This document shows positions 52,921 through 64,000 of a stretch of DNA of 64,000 nt, piece after piece. The notes under the pieces are model-generated. The model worked only from the letters and a program-made list of their open reading frames with translations. It had not been told where the DNA came from and did not search any database. The stretch comes from Octopus vulgaris (Eukaryota), in assembly GCA_951406725.2 (NCBI GenBank), contig OX597825.1:19716001-19780000 (forward strand), written 5' to 3'. Made by a program: the position numbers and the translations under genes. Position 1 is the first letter of the stretch. Every line of letters begins with the position of its first letter.

Positions 52921-55519
52921 AAAATCTTATCTCTACAATCTCTACAATCTTATCCGTATATTTTTGCCATGTTTTAAATTAAAAAATAAATAAGTCCAAA
53001 ACAATAGTTCGCATAAAAGGAAAGAGAATTCAAAAGGAAACAAAGGGAAGAAGAAAAAAATGCAAACAGTTCAATAAAAAAGTCACAATAGAAGAAGAAA
53101 ACAACAGTTCAAAAAATCACAACAAAAATTATTCTGGGCATTCAGGTGCTCCAAGCCCTTATGGTACTCCAATTAGAACCTGGACTGCCCCACTTGAAAA
53201 GAGCTTTCCAACGTAGTTGTAAAATATACACTATTTACAAATAGCAAACGACTTTTGGTGGCAGTAAACGTCACCCAACTATATTTCTCACAATGAGAAA
53301 AAATTTTCACTTCATGTGAACACCTGCAATAGAGTTTTTCAATAATGGTAAATGTTGCTGTTGTAAAAAAATGCACTGTTTAAAAGTGAACAATTTTTGG
53401 TCTGAAGGATACGCCCCCAAACTCTACTTCTCACAATGAGAAAAAATGTTCACTTAATGTGAACAATATTGCTAACCGCAAGCAGACCAACATCCTAAAT
53501 CTAGTGAGGACTCCTTGTTTGTAAAAATTATAACCACAGACATCAGCACCCACTGGACCCTAGAGACAAAAGTCTTACCTTGAAGCAGCAACTTTTCCCT
53601 GGCTAAACACCGCCAGTTATCTACTTCAGTGCACAACACAATGACACATGCGTACACTGAGGCTCAAGGGAAGTATGCAGGCTACTTGGTAAGCAAGCTA
53701 CTTAGCACACATCCACTCCTACGCTTATGATGGTATTTATTTACAACTTTCCCATGCCTTGCTTCTGCTTTTCTAACTCGTAATTATCTAATGTCGCTAC
53801 GAACAAGCTGTTCCTAAGCTTTAATTTCAATACAGAGTACAAAAAACATTGTTTATCGTATTGTTAGTTTAATTTGGCACTTTTGAATAATAAGAAAGGA
53901 TTACTGATCTTGCATTGAACTTAAGAGAATTATTTTCATTAAGCTGGTTTTGGAAATAAAAAATGAGAGATCAAAATCAATACGAAGATTAATGTTTAAA
54001 CAATATCGAATTTTTTTATCGTTTCACACACATTCACAAGCAAATATGCAGAGAAACTACAATAGTGTTCATATGCGCATGAATATACTTGCGTGCACGC
54101 TCGGGTATGCGTGCAGTTGCTTTTGTAATAATCTGGCATATCGAATTTGTTCGTGGTATCAGAAGGGAAGTTACCGTCCAGGGAGAAAATTCTGAATGCT
54201 AGAATTGCAAATTGTAGATATAAACTTACACACATATTCACATGCTCTCTGTCTATCTGTCTCTGTCTCCCCTCTCTCTCTCTCCCTCTCTCTCCCTCTC
54301 TCTCCCTCTCTCCCTCTCTCTCATACACACACACAGACGAGAGCATTCATTGATCCAACTTACTGTAGGAAATTTAATGTATTTCGTCATTTCTGGGAAA
54401 ATACCTGATGACGTATGTTAATTAAAACATCATGCATTTAATTATTGTTGGTATTTGTTTATTAGATATAATTAATTCGCAGCTAATTGTCGCTCCCTTG
54501 TTGAGATACTACACCGATAGACTCAGCAGTTTCGTAGCATGTTCTTTTGGCGACGTCTCGCCAGACTTTTGATGGTTGTCATACATTGTTATCCAATATA
54601 ATGTTAATGTGAACGTTTACATGTTATTGTGCATATTCAGTTATCCAATCATCATGAAAAGATATTTTGAATTTTGAATTATACCCTTCTTTGAACTGGA
54701 ATTCAACATCTAGTTTATATCAGTATCCTCCATTGTTGATCGCTTGTATCTACTGACTTTAAGTTATGTAGTTTTTGTCTGTAGTTCTGACCTCGTTACT
54801 ATCTTTCTTAATGACTCCGGCTGTCTCTTGCACGACTGAATGATTATCGAAGATTTTTTTTTTTTTTTTTCAGTTTTGGTCCCATACTAGAATCGATAAA
54901 ATTAGACATCGTTGTTCATGGGTCAAACTAACATATTGGTCTTTTGTTCTTTGAAATTCCCGGATGTTAATTTGATTTGATTTGAATTTCAAATTAATTA
55001 GTTTTATAGTGTATGCTCACTGACAGGATTTCTTTTTGTTTTGTGTTTCTTTTTTTTTTTTCTTCATTTCTTCTACTCTTTATCTCTTATTATAAGATTT
55101 GAAACTGTTCTGTGAATTTGTTTAGTCTGGTTGTACGGAATATTACTCCGAATGTATTGGGGAAAACGTGGTATAAGTTGATGTATTGTCAGAAGTCGAT
55201 GAGTTTAAAACTCATATTTTTGTAAATTTGTGGAGGGGTTTATTGTTTTTTATATTTTTTCATTATCATATTTGCCAGAAGGAGATTCACGTTACTGAAA
55301 TCCATAAGGTACAGGATCTGTAGGTTTATATGTTTAGTGACATTTGGTTATTTCCTCAATTCATAAAAAATTTTGTTTCCTAAAATGAAACATACGCCTT
55401 GGAATCGTACACTAGTGTAAACTTTAATGCAAAATTTTGATAATATTTTTCATCAATAATTAAACTGAAACTCTTTTGTCAGCTTTCCGTATTATTATAT
55501 TTTTCTCTAGCTTTAAATT

Positions 55520-55783
55520 AAAAATAATATATAAATGCGCCCTTTTAAAGCCTAGCCAGTCTCATGGGTCCGGTTTCCCGGTGTCTATGGCGTATGTGTT
55601 CCCCAGCTGGACGGGATGCCAGTCCATCGCAGCGTTACTTATATTTGCCAGCTGAGTGGACTGGAGCAACGTGAAATGAAGTATTTTGGGCAAGAATACA
55701 ACGCGTCGCCTGGTCTAGGAATCGAAACCACAATCTTACGATCATGATGCGGAAACCCTAACCACTAAGCCACGCGCCTCCAC
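55520..55783 (-). mobile_element. SINE family C, full length
   Basis: Reverse complement of 13779-14046. Confidence 0.9.
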
Positions 55784-57483
55784 ACCTTTAATTTACTATC
55801 TTATTATTACTACTTATTTAAGTCGACTTTTTGTTTGCGCTTTTTCCAAGTTTTCATTCAGTGTACTGCAGATAAACTTACGTGCATCATCAAGGGTTTC
55901 GTTCCTACCTGTTTCAGGGCAGGATACGTTATAATTTTAAAGTTCTGCCATAATTACATTCTACTCGTCTGTTCCTGCAGAAATATACATTATCATCTTT
56001 CAGTGTTAACTTCCATCCTTTAATAAGTAAATCCATTTGTAAAAGTGTTTATAAGTTTTGTGAAATTTCATTATTTTTGTTATTTTATACAGGGAGTCCA
56101 TCTGGTGTCCCAATCGTTTTTATTTCTGTCAAAAATAACGATTAAGGGAAGGAAGCGCTTCAATGTTATGCTTCTTACATATATTTTGTACACTTTTGCG
56201 CCATTTAATTCAAGCGCATTCCAGTATTTAATATCTTTATATGTCCTTTATATTTGTCCCTATATAGTAAACTGGTTTTGTTTCAAATTATTTCTCTGTT
56301 CCTGACTGTTGGGTTTTCTCACACCGAAATTTTGGTATCCGCTTGTTGATGTTTCTGTCTAAGTTCTTTGCTGTTATTTATCGTATGACTGTGGTTTTGT
56401 AAGGAACTACTTATATATCTTTCATTGCTGAGACTAGTTTCGCTCTACCCAGAGGATGTTAACATTTCCAAAATGATTCTCCTGTTACCTATGATTGTCA
56501 GACTTTTGTGTATATAATAGACTAAATTTTACTTTATTACTATAATATTTTTCTGGCTTTTTGTTGGGGGAGCAGTATAGAAATTGGGATTGTCTTGTGA
56601 GAATGGGTCTATAGTTTTGGCTTTCGCTTTCTTTCAGAATGCGATTTGCGACATGTTTTCTTTTCTATATTTCACTTCGTTAGCAGATCCTGTGTTTTTC
56701 CTGTCTTTTAATGAAATTGTACGTTCTTGCATTTTTTCCCGTAGTTTGTAAACAAGATCTTCATTTTACCCTTGTTTAGTATTCTTGTTATTACTTCTTA
56801 GTTAAGAAAAAAGTTGTTTTTTTCTTGTGTTCTTTAGTGTCTCCGTATACATCCAATTTCATTAGCTCATCTTGCATTTGATGAAATTATAAGTATAGCA
56901 AAATATACGTATATATGTGTGCGTGTATGCATGCATGTATGTATGTATGTATATGTGTGTATGAATATCGCTGCGAGTAAAATTAATAGCTTGTATTCAT
57001 TTTAATATCTTTCGCAAAACCCACAATAAGCATTTATGTTTAATGTCCCTAGAATTTATTCAAGAATGACGAAATTGATATAGGAAATATTACTGAGAAA
57101 GCATAAAAAATATTCGAAGTAATGCGAAATAAATATATATTAGATAAAATTATAGAAATTAATGCATAAACCTAAATACGTAATATTGCTAAGAATTAAC
57201 ACGCAGCCTAATAATCTAAGGACATGTACGAGTATATATATATATATATTGTGAGACAGAGAGAGACATGTATATGTATGTATAACACAAACATGACTTA
57301 TAAATATGCAGTCGAAGAACAATCATTACACTTTATTTTAGATTATGAAGCTGAATTGCATGGAACTAATATCAGATAAAATTGAACACAAAAATAGGTA
57401 AACCATTCGAAAACGAAATATTTCTATGGATTAGCATACAGTACGTATGTGTGCACGTATATGTGTGTGTGTTCAAGATAGAG

Positions 57484-57534
<51 letters not shown>

Positions 57535-58096
57535 CAGACAGATAGGCAGACAGATAGAAGAAAAGATAGATGTGTGTGTATGTAAATATATATATATATA
57601 TATCCATATCCGTGTGTATGTGTGTGTGCATGCGTGTGTGCGTGTATGCATTCGAGTGTGTGTGTGTGAGTGTAATCAATGTAAGCAAACCATTTTTTGA
57701 CGAGATACATAGAGTTTCATTCAAAGACACACACATATATATATATTTGTTTGTATATATAACAAACAGCAACTTTATCGAAGTGCTCGGCAAAATATCC
57801 TTCGAGAAATTATTAAAATTTTACAGTTGAGCAGGAATATACGCATATTAATATGCATGAAATATTCAGAAATACCAAGTGGTAAATATTCCTGCTAATC
57901 AGTGGAAACCTTGCTTCATGAGAATCATATATATGTTTGTGCATGTTCGAATGTGTGTGTGTGGTAAGAGCTTTGGTCCCCAAACACAAGGATTTGATTT
58001 CCGTTCCATTACGTTGCGCCTTGGGCGAATGTATTCTATTGATCCAAGAAAGGTATGGAAAATGGATTTGGTTGACAGAACCTGAAAGATCATCAT

Positions 58097-58141
<45 letters not shown>

Positions 58142-58202
58142 CCTTTAATTTTTTCCCATATTTTTTCAGAGCTACTAGATTTTTGCCTTTATATACATAC
58201 AT

Positions 58203-58597
58203 GGTGGCTGCCCCCTCTTTATCGAGTATGGACATTGCACGAAGCTTAATGTATGGTGTTATCGTGCAATGCCTGTGCAAGAAGATTTTTTTTAAGTGAG
58301 GAAAGGCTGTGTACTGAGTCAATCCCACTCACTAAGCAACAGCAGCCATAATCCGAAAAGAAGAACAAGTCAACATGATGGGTAACCACTGAGCCGCAGG
58401 TTTTATGTCGGAGTTATCCAAGTTACCTTAGTTACCTTCTCCTAGAAGGATGCCCTAACAAAGGCTAGGAGTTCTTCACTCCCAAAGGGCGGAGGAACTC
58501 TTGAGAGTCAACGGACATCCAATAAATGTCGTAAGGCTGTATCATGCGCGGGGGCATAGAAATAATCGGTCTGAATACACGATCACGCGGTTAAACC
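58203..58597 (-). mobile_element. Non-coding ~395-bp retroposon, probably an RTE-derived non-autonomous element
   Basis: Flanked by atatacatacat on both sides; minus strand has tagcctttgttagggcatccttctaggagaaggtaact, which resembles RTE-clade 5'UTR sequences as I recall them. Confidence 0.5.
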
Positions 58598-58607
58598 ATA
58601 TACATAC

Positions 58608-58667
<60 letters not shown>

Positions 58668-58896
58668 TCTATATTTTTATGCAGCTGGAGATTGCTCTAC
58701 ATTTTAAAATTGATGTAATATTTGCATTGTTCAATTAAATGGAGTTGCATGAAACGATCGTACTGCATTACCTCTGGATATCCTTGTTGCTTATTTTGAT
58801 TGTAATCACACCATTTTGAATTATATTGATAATAGCATACTAAATTCTGGTCCCTTTAACATAAGTACCATATTCAACTGAATCTAAATTTTACTG

Positions 58897-58933
<37 letters not shown>

Positions 58934-59035
58934 ATAGAAATGGTAAGACAACAAAAGAATGGAAGAGACCTTGATATTATGTAAATAGAGGAATTTATCT
59001 GTAAATGTAATATGTGGCGATTATTCGGTAGCCAT

Positions 59036-59095
59036 GATAAACTCTCAGTTTCGGATGTCGGTTCTAAAACCCACGCTGCCATCTCTTCAGTTATC
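59036..59095 (-). ncRNA. Type I hammerhead-like motif in a Penelope-type tail (~58931-59160) ending in (TA)n
   Basis: Minus strand: GATAa CTGAAGA GATG..(22 nt)..CATCc GAAA CT gag AG TT TATC; intact core boxes with single-base register defects. Confidence 0.6.
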
Positions 59096-59359
59096 GAGCC
59101 TGGCCGGATAACTACATATTGTTTGCCTACATCCAAAAAATTCATGAAATAAATGCATCATATCGAGCTGCAGAATTAATATTAGAAGTTATATTATTAA
59201 ATGAACATATGTTAAATTAAATTCTAGTGATTTTTCTTTTTAAGATTGAACATAATTCTCTAAATATTAACATTAGTAAATATTTAATGAGTCCTTGCCT
59301 TTTACAAAATTTTCAGCAGCTACTGTTTACACAGTCTGTAATCTAATTACTACTATTTA

Positions 59360-59454
59360 CGTAAAGATATATGTATGTATGTATGAATGTATGTATGTAT
59401 GTATGTATCTACATGTGCATTCGTGTTTGTGTGTGTGTGTGTGTGTATGTGTGT

Positions 59455-59498
<44 letters not shown>

Positions 59499-59909
59499 TT
59501 GTTTGTGTGCGTTTGTTTGTGTATGTTAGTATTTGGATGCGCGTCAAATGCTGATAACATTGGACAAATTTTTAAGAGTTTGTCTAGACATATACCTTCT
59601 AAACAAAATACTATTGAATGAGTGAAGGTATTAATGATGGACTTAAGTCTAAGAACATAAGTATTTTCAAATAACTACAAATACACTTCTGTATATCATT
59701 TAGTTCGTTGCCATTCGGACTGAAGCATCACATAAAATATAAATATACATGAAACAGCATAATCACACATTACACGTTGCACACATGCACACACAAGCTC
59801 ACCCACATATATATATATATATATGTACATATGCATATACATATATATATACATGCACATATGTTTATGTGTATATATAAATATATATATATATATATGT
59901 GTGTGTGTG

Positions 59910-59954
<45 letters not shown>

Positions 59955-59961
59955 TTATATT

Positions 59962-59997
<36 letters not shown>

Positions 59998-60040
59998 TAT
60001 ACATATATATTTATGTGTGTGTGCATATATATATATTTCT
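59360..60040. repeat. (TATG)n/(TG)n/(TA)n compound microsatellites
   Basis: Directly visible. Confidence 0.9.
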
Positions 60041-60565
60041 TAATAAATATGAATGCGTTAGTGTTTAAAAATACATATCAAAACAAATTTATTATATCAT
60101 AAACGATACTAAGTATGATACAATTATTATATGAAAATATAATATATATATGAATATATATGGAACACAATGGAATGAAAATGTCATACAACACAATGGA
60201 ATGACAGAAAAAATCGTAAGTGCTCAAAATATATAAAAAAATATATAAGTTTATGTATATTTTTCTAATAAAAACCATTAAATAAATATTCACTGAGATA
60301 TAAAAACAATAATGCATTTAACAGCATACACTATGACACAATCATATGAGTTTGTGTGTGATAAAAAAAACAGAGAGAGAGAGAGAGGGATAGACTGACA
60401 GGAAAATAGAAACATTCTCAGCGTGGATATATATTTATATACACACTCAGGTACCTACACACATACATATATGTGTGTATTTGTATATGTTTTTATATTA
60501 TACTTCCATAATACATATATATATATTGTGTGTGTGTGTGTGTGTATATAAGTATATATATATAC

Positions 60566-60623
<58 letters not shown>

Positions 60624-61387
60624 AGATATGCAAATATTTAGTGTTTAGATGAAAAGCTCCATGCTTTTTTAATCGATTCAGATGACAATAATATTTCTGT
60701 TACCTATAATCTGTTACCTATAATCCAATTTACCTCATCCAGATTTTTTTATATATATATATTTGTTCGTATTACCAATAACGCAGTACGCGTATCAATT
60801 CTTAAACGTCTAGTCCTGCTCTACTAACCATCATTTACATACTTAGCTCTGAGTCATCGATTTTTTTCTTTTGCTGGCTATTGTGAAACTGTACAGCTTT
60901 AGATTCATTTATTGTAGAAATATATTGGTAAGAGCAAAGACTTATATCTGTAAACGAGGCGAAAGATGTGTCAACTCAGTATTCCAGTTTTTTGAATTGA
61001 GATATGTGAAGCAAATTTTCTTGAACCGAAATTTTAAACAAGTAAACAAACTTTGTTCACCTGCATATGTACTCTAATTTATGAGATTTTCTGCGAGACG
61101 CAAAATGTAGTTTCGGTGGTAACAGGTAATTTTAGATGAATTCATGTGAAACAGTTATAAGACATCGTTGTAAAGTATATTGCGATTTTTTTGCGGTACA
61201 CGCCTGCTTTATGCGGGGAGAGGATATACTCAAGACGATTGAATATGGTATATCATTGGGTTATGTAACTTCTTAAACCTATTTTATATACTTGCCAGTT
61301 ATAACCAAATATTCCATTCGCAGTTTAAAGCTGATGCCTGAGAAGAAATGATTTGAAACAGAAAACAGAAACATTCGTTTAATATAT

Positions 61388-61752
61388 ATTTCATTACTAC
61401 CCACAAGGGGCTAAATACAGAGGGGACAAACAAGGACAGACAAACGGATTAAGTGCGTAACTGGTACTCTTTTAATCGACCACGAAAGGATGAAAGGCAA
61501 AGTCGACCTCGGCGGAATTTAAACTCAGAACGTAACGGCAGACGAAATACCTATTTCTTTATTACCCACAAGGGGCTAAACACAGAGGGACAAACAAGGA
61601 CAGACAAACGGATTAAGTCGATTACAACGACCTCAGCGTAACTGGTACTTATTTCATCGACCCCGAAAGGATGAAAGGCAAAGTCGACCTCGGCGGAATT
61701 TGAACCAAGAACGTAACGGCACGCGTGCTAGTGTTTCTGCCAGCTCGCCGCC
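61388..61752 (-). mobile_element. SINE family B, partial tandem dimer
   Basis: One head at ~61752, core and tail twice; flanking repeat cgtttaatata at 61376 and 61760. Confidence 0.9.
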
Positions 61753-64000
61753 AAACAACCGTTTAATATAATGTTGCTCTTACTTTGACCACGTTAAAAG
61801 CTTATATTATTAAGTATTTGTGTATTGATTTAATACTATTAAGATGTTTTGTTCATTTCTGGCACAGAAGCAATTTAACTCATCTTCATTATCTGATATG
61901 ACGAATCCGGGGTGGCCGAAGTCAACTTTATGTTTGCTTGATATCGAAATCAGAAAGTAAACTATTGCAACTCGATACCATACTGTACTTTCTTGAATGT
62001 CCTAATGTTTCTGTCAACCGCTACTCTCCAGCAAATAAAATATTGGATCATATTTGATTGGTACTACACTGCTGGAAGTCAACAAAGGAATATGGTGTTT
62101 AAATGGCAAAGGTAAAGAATTACATAAAAAGCCTAGGCACACCAGTTTTCATAGATGGTTCTTTAGCCAATTTTCAATGAGATATACCTCAATACAAATC
62201 AGAAAACATTTTAGAAAAACGTTTAACCTTTCCGATGTGTTTCGATTTTACGACATTTTCCCTGCATGCGCGTATTACGAGTAGAAATTCCAATACAGGG
62301 ACGGGGTTGGAGTGAGTATTACTTATTCTTAGTTAAGGAATTTCAAAACCCCTCGCTAAATTATAAAATTGCCGAAGGCAAGACATTCTAACAATACATG
62401 CTGATTACCATATACGTGTCCTTGTGTGAAGATTAGTCGTGTTCAAAAACGGAATGCATATTGCATGAATCAAAGCTGTCAATTTGATAAATGGAGAGTT
62501 GAAGTAATTCTCGCTTACTTCTTGACTAGAAGAATTATATGAAAGTCAGCATTGAAGCAAGCGGTGACTAGAAATGGTAATTTTTCGCTGACGTTGACAA
62601 CATACGATATAATTCCCTAGAAATTTTATCTTTTGGTCTTGTAGGAAATGGTTTCTGATAGCTTTAGTGAATGAAAGGGACTACAATTACGATTGTGAGT
62701 GAATAAATGTTGAGAAAGTTTGTTGAATAGATTAATGCTGTTGGGACCATTCATTGAACTAAATTGAATAGAAATTATTAATAATTATCATAAATATTGA
62801 TTTGTTCATAATAAACGCAATCTCGTATATTTGTTAGCGATATTGTTCAGTTTTAATTCGACCCTAGTATATAAAAGGGAGTTATTTGAATCAATGGCGA
62901 GAATAAAAGATGAAACAGAACCGTGAATTTATTTCTCAGATGATTAATATGAAAAGAATGTTTATAGACTTCTTACCCAGCATGAGTATATTTTGGGAAA
63001 TACTTCTGAAACACAAGATGTTGCAGTATGTATTTATGCATTTCAAAGTTATTTAGATATGCAAACAGCAATAACAGTTTCTAAATGATTAAATAACTAC
63101 AATATATGAAGGTGCAATGAATATTATCAATATGTTCTAATGCTATTGTATAGTTTTTCGATTCCGGGGAGCAGAATCAAAAGGGAATACCGTGCGTATA
63201 GCTTTGTGCGTGAGGCATATACAATTGAGATGCATTATCAGATTATTGAGACTACACAGGGAACTATTCGATGGATTATTTAACATATGATATCGACACC
63301 ACAGCGAGTAAACGTAAACGATTTTTGCCCGGCAACTGTAAGTCTTTGCTAGGTTTGACGAATCAAGACCGTAGCTGTTGATTTCCAGCATTAACCATAA
63401 GAGATTAATTGGTTTTAGATTAATCGGTCCGGTATTATGCTGTTCCTGGCATATGAATAAACTTTAAATTAAAACATTATTCATCGTAATCTCTAATGCA
63501 GAATTAAATTATGGTTCAGCTTAATATATGCTTAATACAATGGTTGATGCCTATCGAATTTTACGAAAACTGAGAGTTAATATATCTTTATTATAGCCTA
63601 TGATATTGTTTTCTTTGTCACAAGTTTAATGCGGAGTAATTTAAACGACCATATTACAGTTAGATACGTAATCAATAGTGTATCACAATGTCCAATGAGA
63701 TGATAAGAGGAAATTATTACACATCTATTACAGGTCTATATATGAAGTATACTAGCAAGAGCGAAGCCCCCTGAAAAGGCTTTTGTAATGGTCACTATTA
63801 TAAGGATATGGGTTATATATTAATATGTGTGTGTGAGTTTGTGTATATATATATACATATATGTATGCATATACAAACACATCCACACACAAACACACGC
63901 ATACACGCACACAAATATATATGTATGTATATATACAGAGAGCGAGACATATATTTACACACCTATGTTTCTGTGTGTGTATCTATGCATGTTTGTATGT

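Noticed and set aside
54400-54440. CTGATGA motif
   Set aside because: No GAAA box or paired stems in register.
54900-56900. Possible decayed MULE-like transposase on the minus strand (NGFTY..YFCRNRRVEC, FHF, PRFP fragments)
   Set aside because: Fragments are short, frameshifted and lack identifiable TIRs; a translated HMM search would be needed.

Overview
Eukaryotic, AT-rich DNA saturated with microsatellites, in which I could not identify any host protein-coding exon. The SINE repertoire and (TA)n/(CA)n/(TACA)n density suggest an octopus (coleoid cephalopod) intron or intergenic region; this is inference. Most ORFs in the supplied track are translated microsatellites. Supportable content: four tRNA-headed SINE families (several with TSDs), a decayed Ty3/Gypsy pol, a decayed Tc1/mariner (maT/DD37D-like) element, an RTE-like LINE relic with an inverted endonuclease segment, a MITE, a ~1 kb tandem duplication, and a 5'-truncated Penelope-like element with an intact GIY-YIG endonuclease ORF. 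The most interesting signal is a hidden set of type I hammerhead ribozyme (HHR) motifs. Two related ~350-bp units (12.5 kb and 39.3 kb) are terminally redundant, circularly permuted and look like non-LTR retrozymes copied from circular RNA. A perfect 132-bp palindrome at 22.9 kb encodes an HHR on both strands. Several further HHR-like motifs lie in Penelope-type tails that end in (TA)n. All RNA structures were derived by eye and not by folding software.
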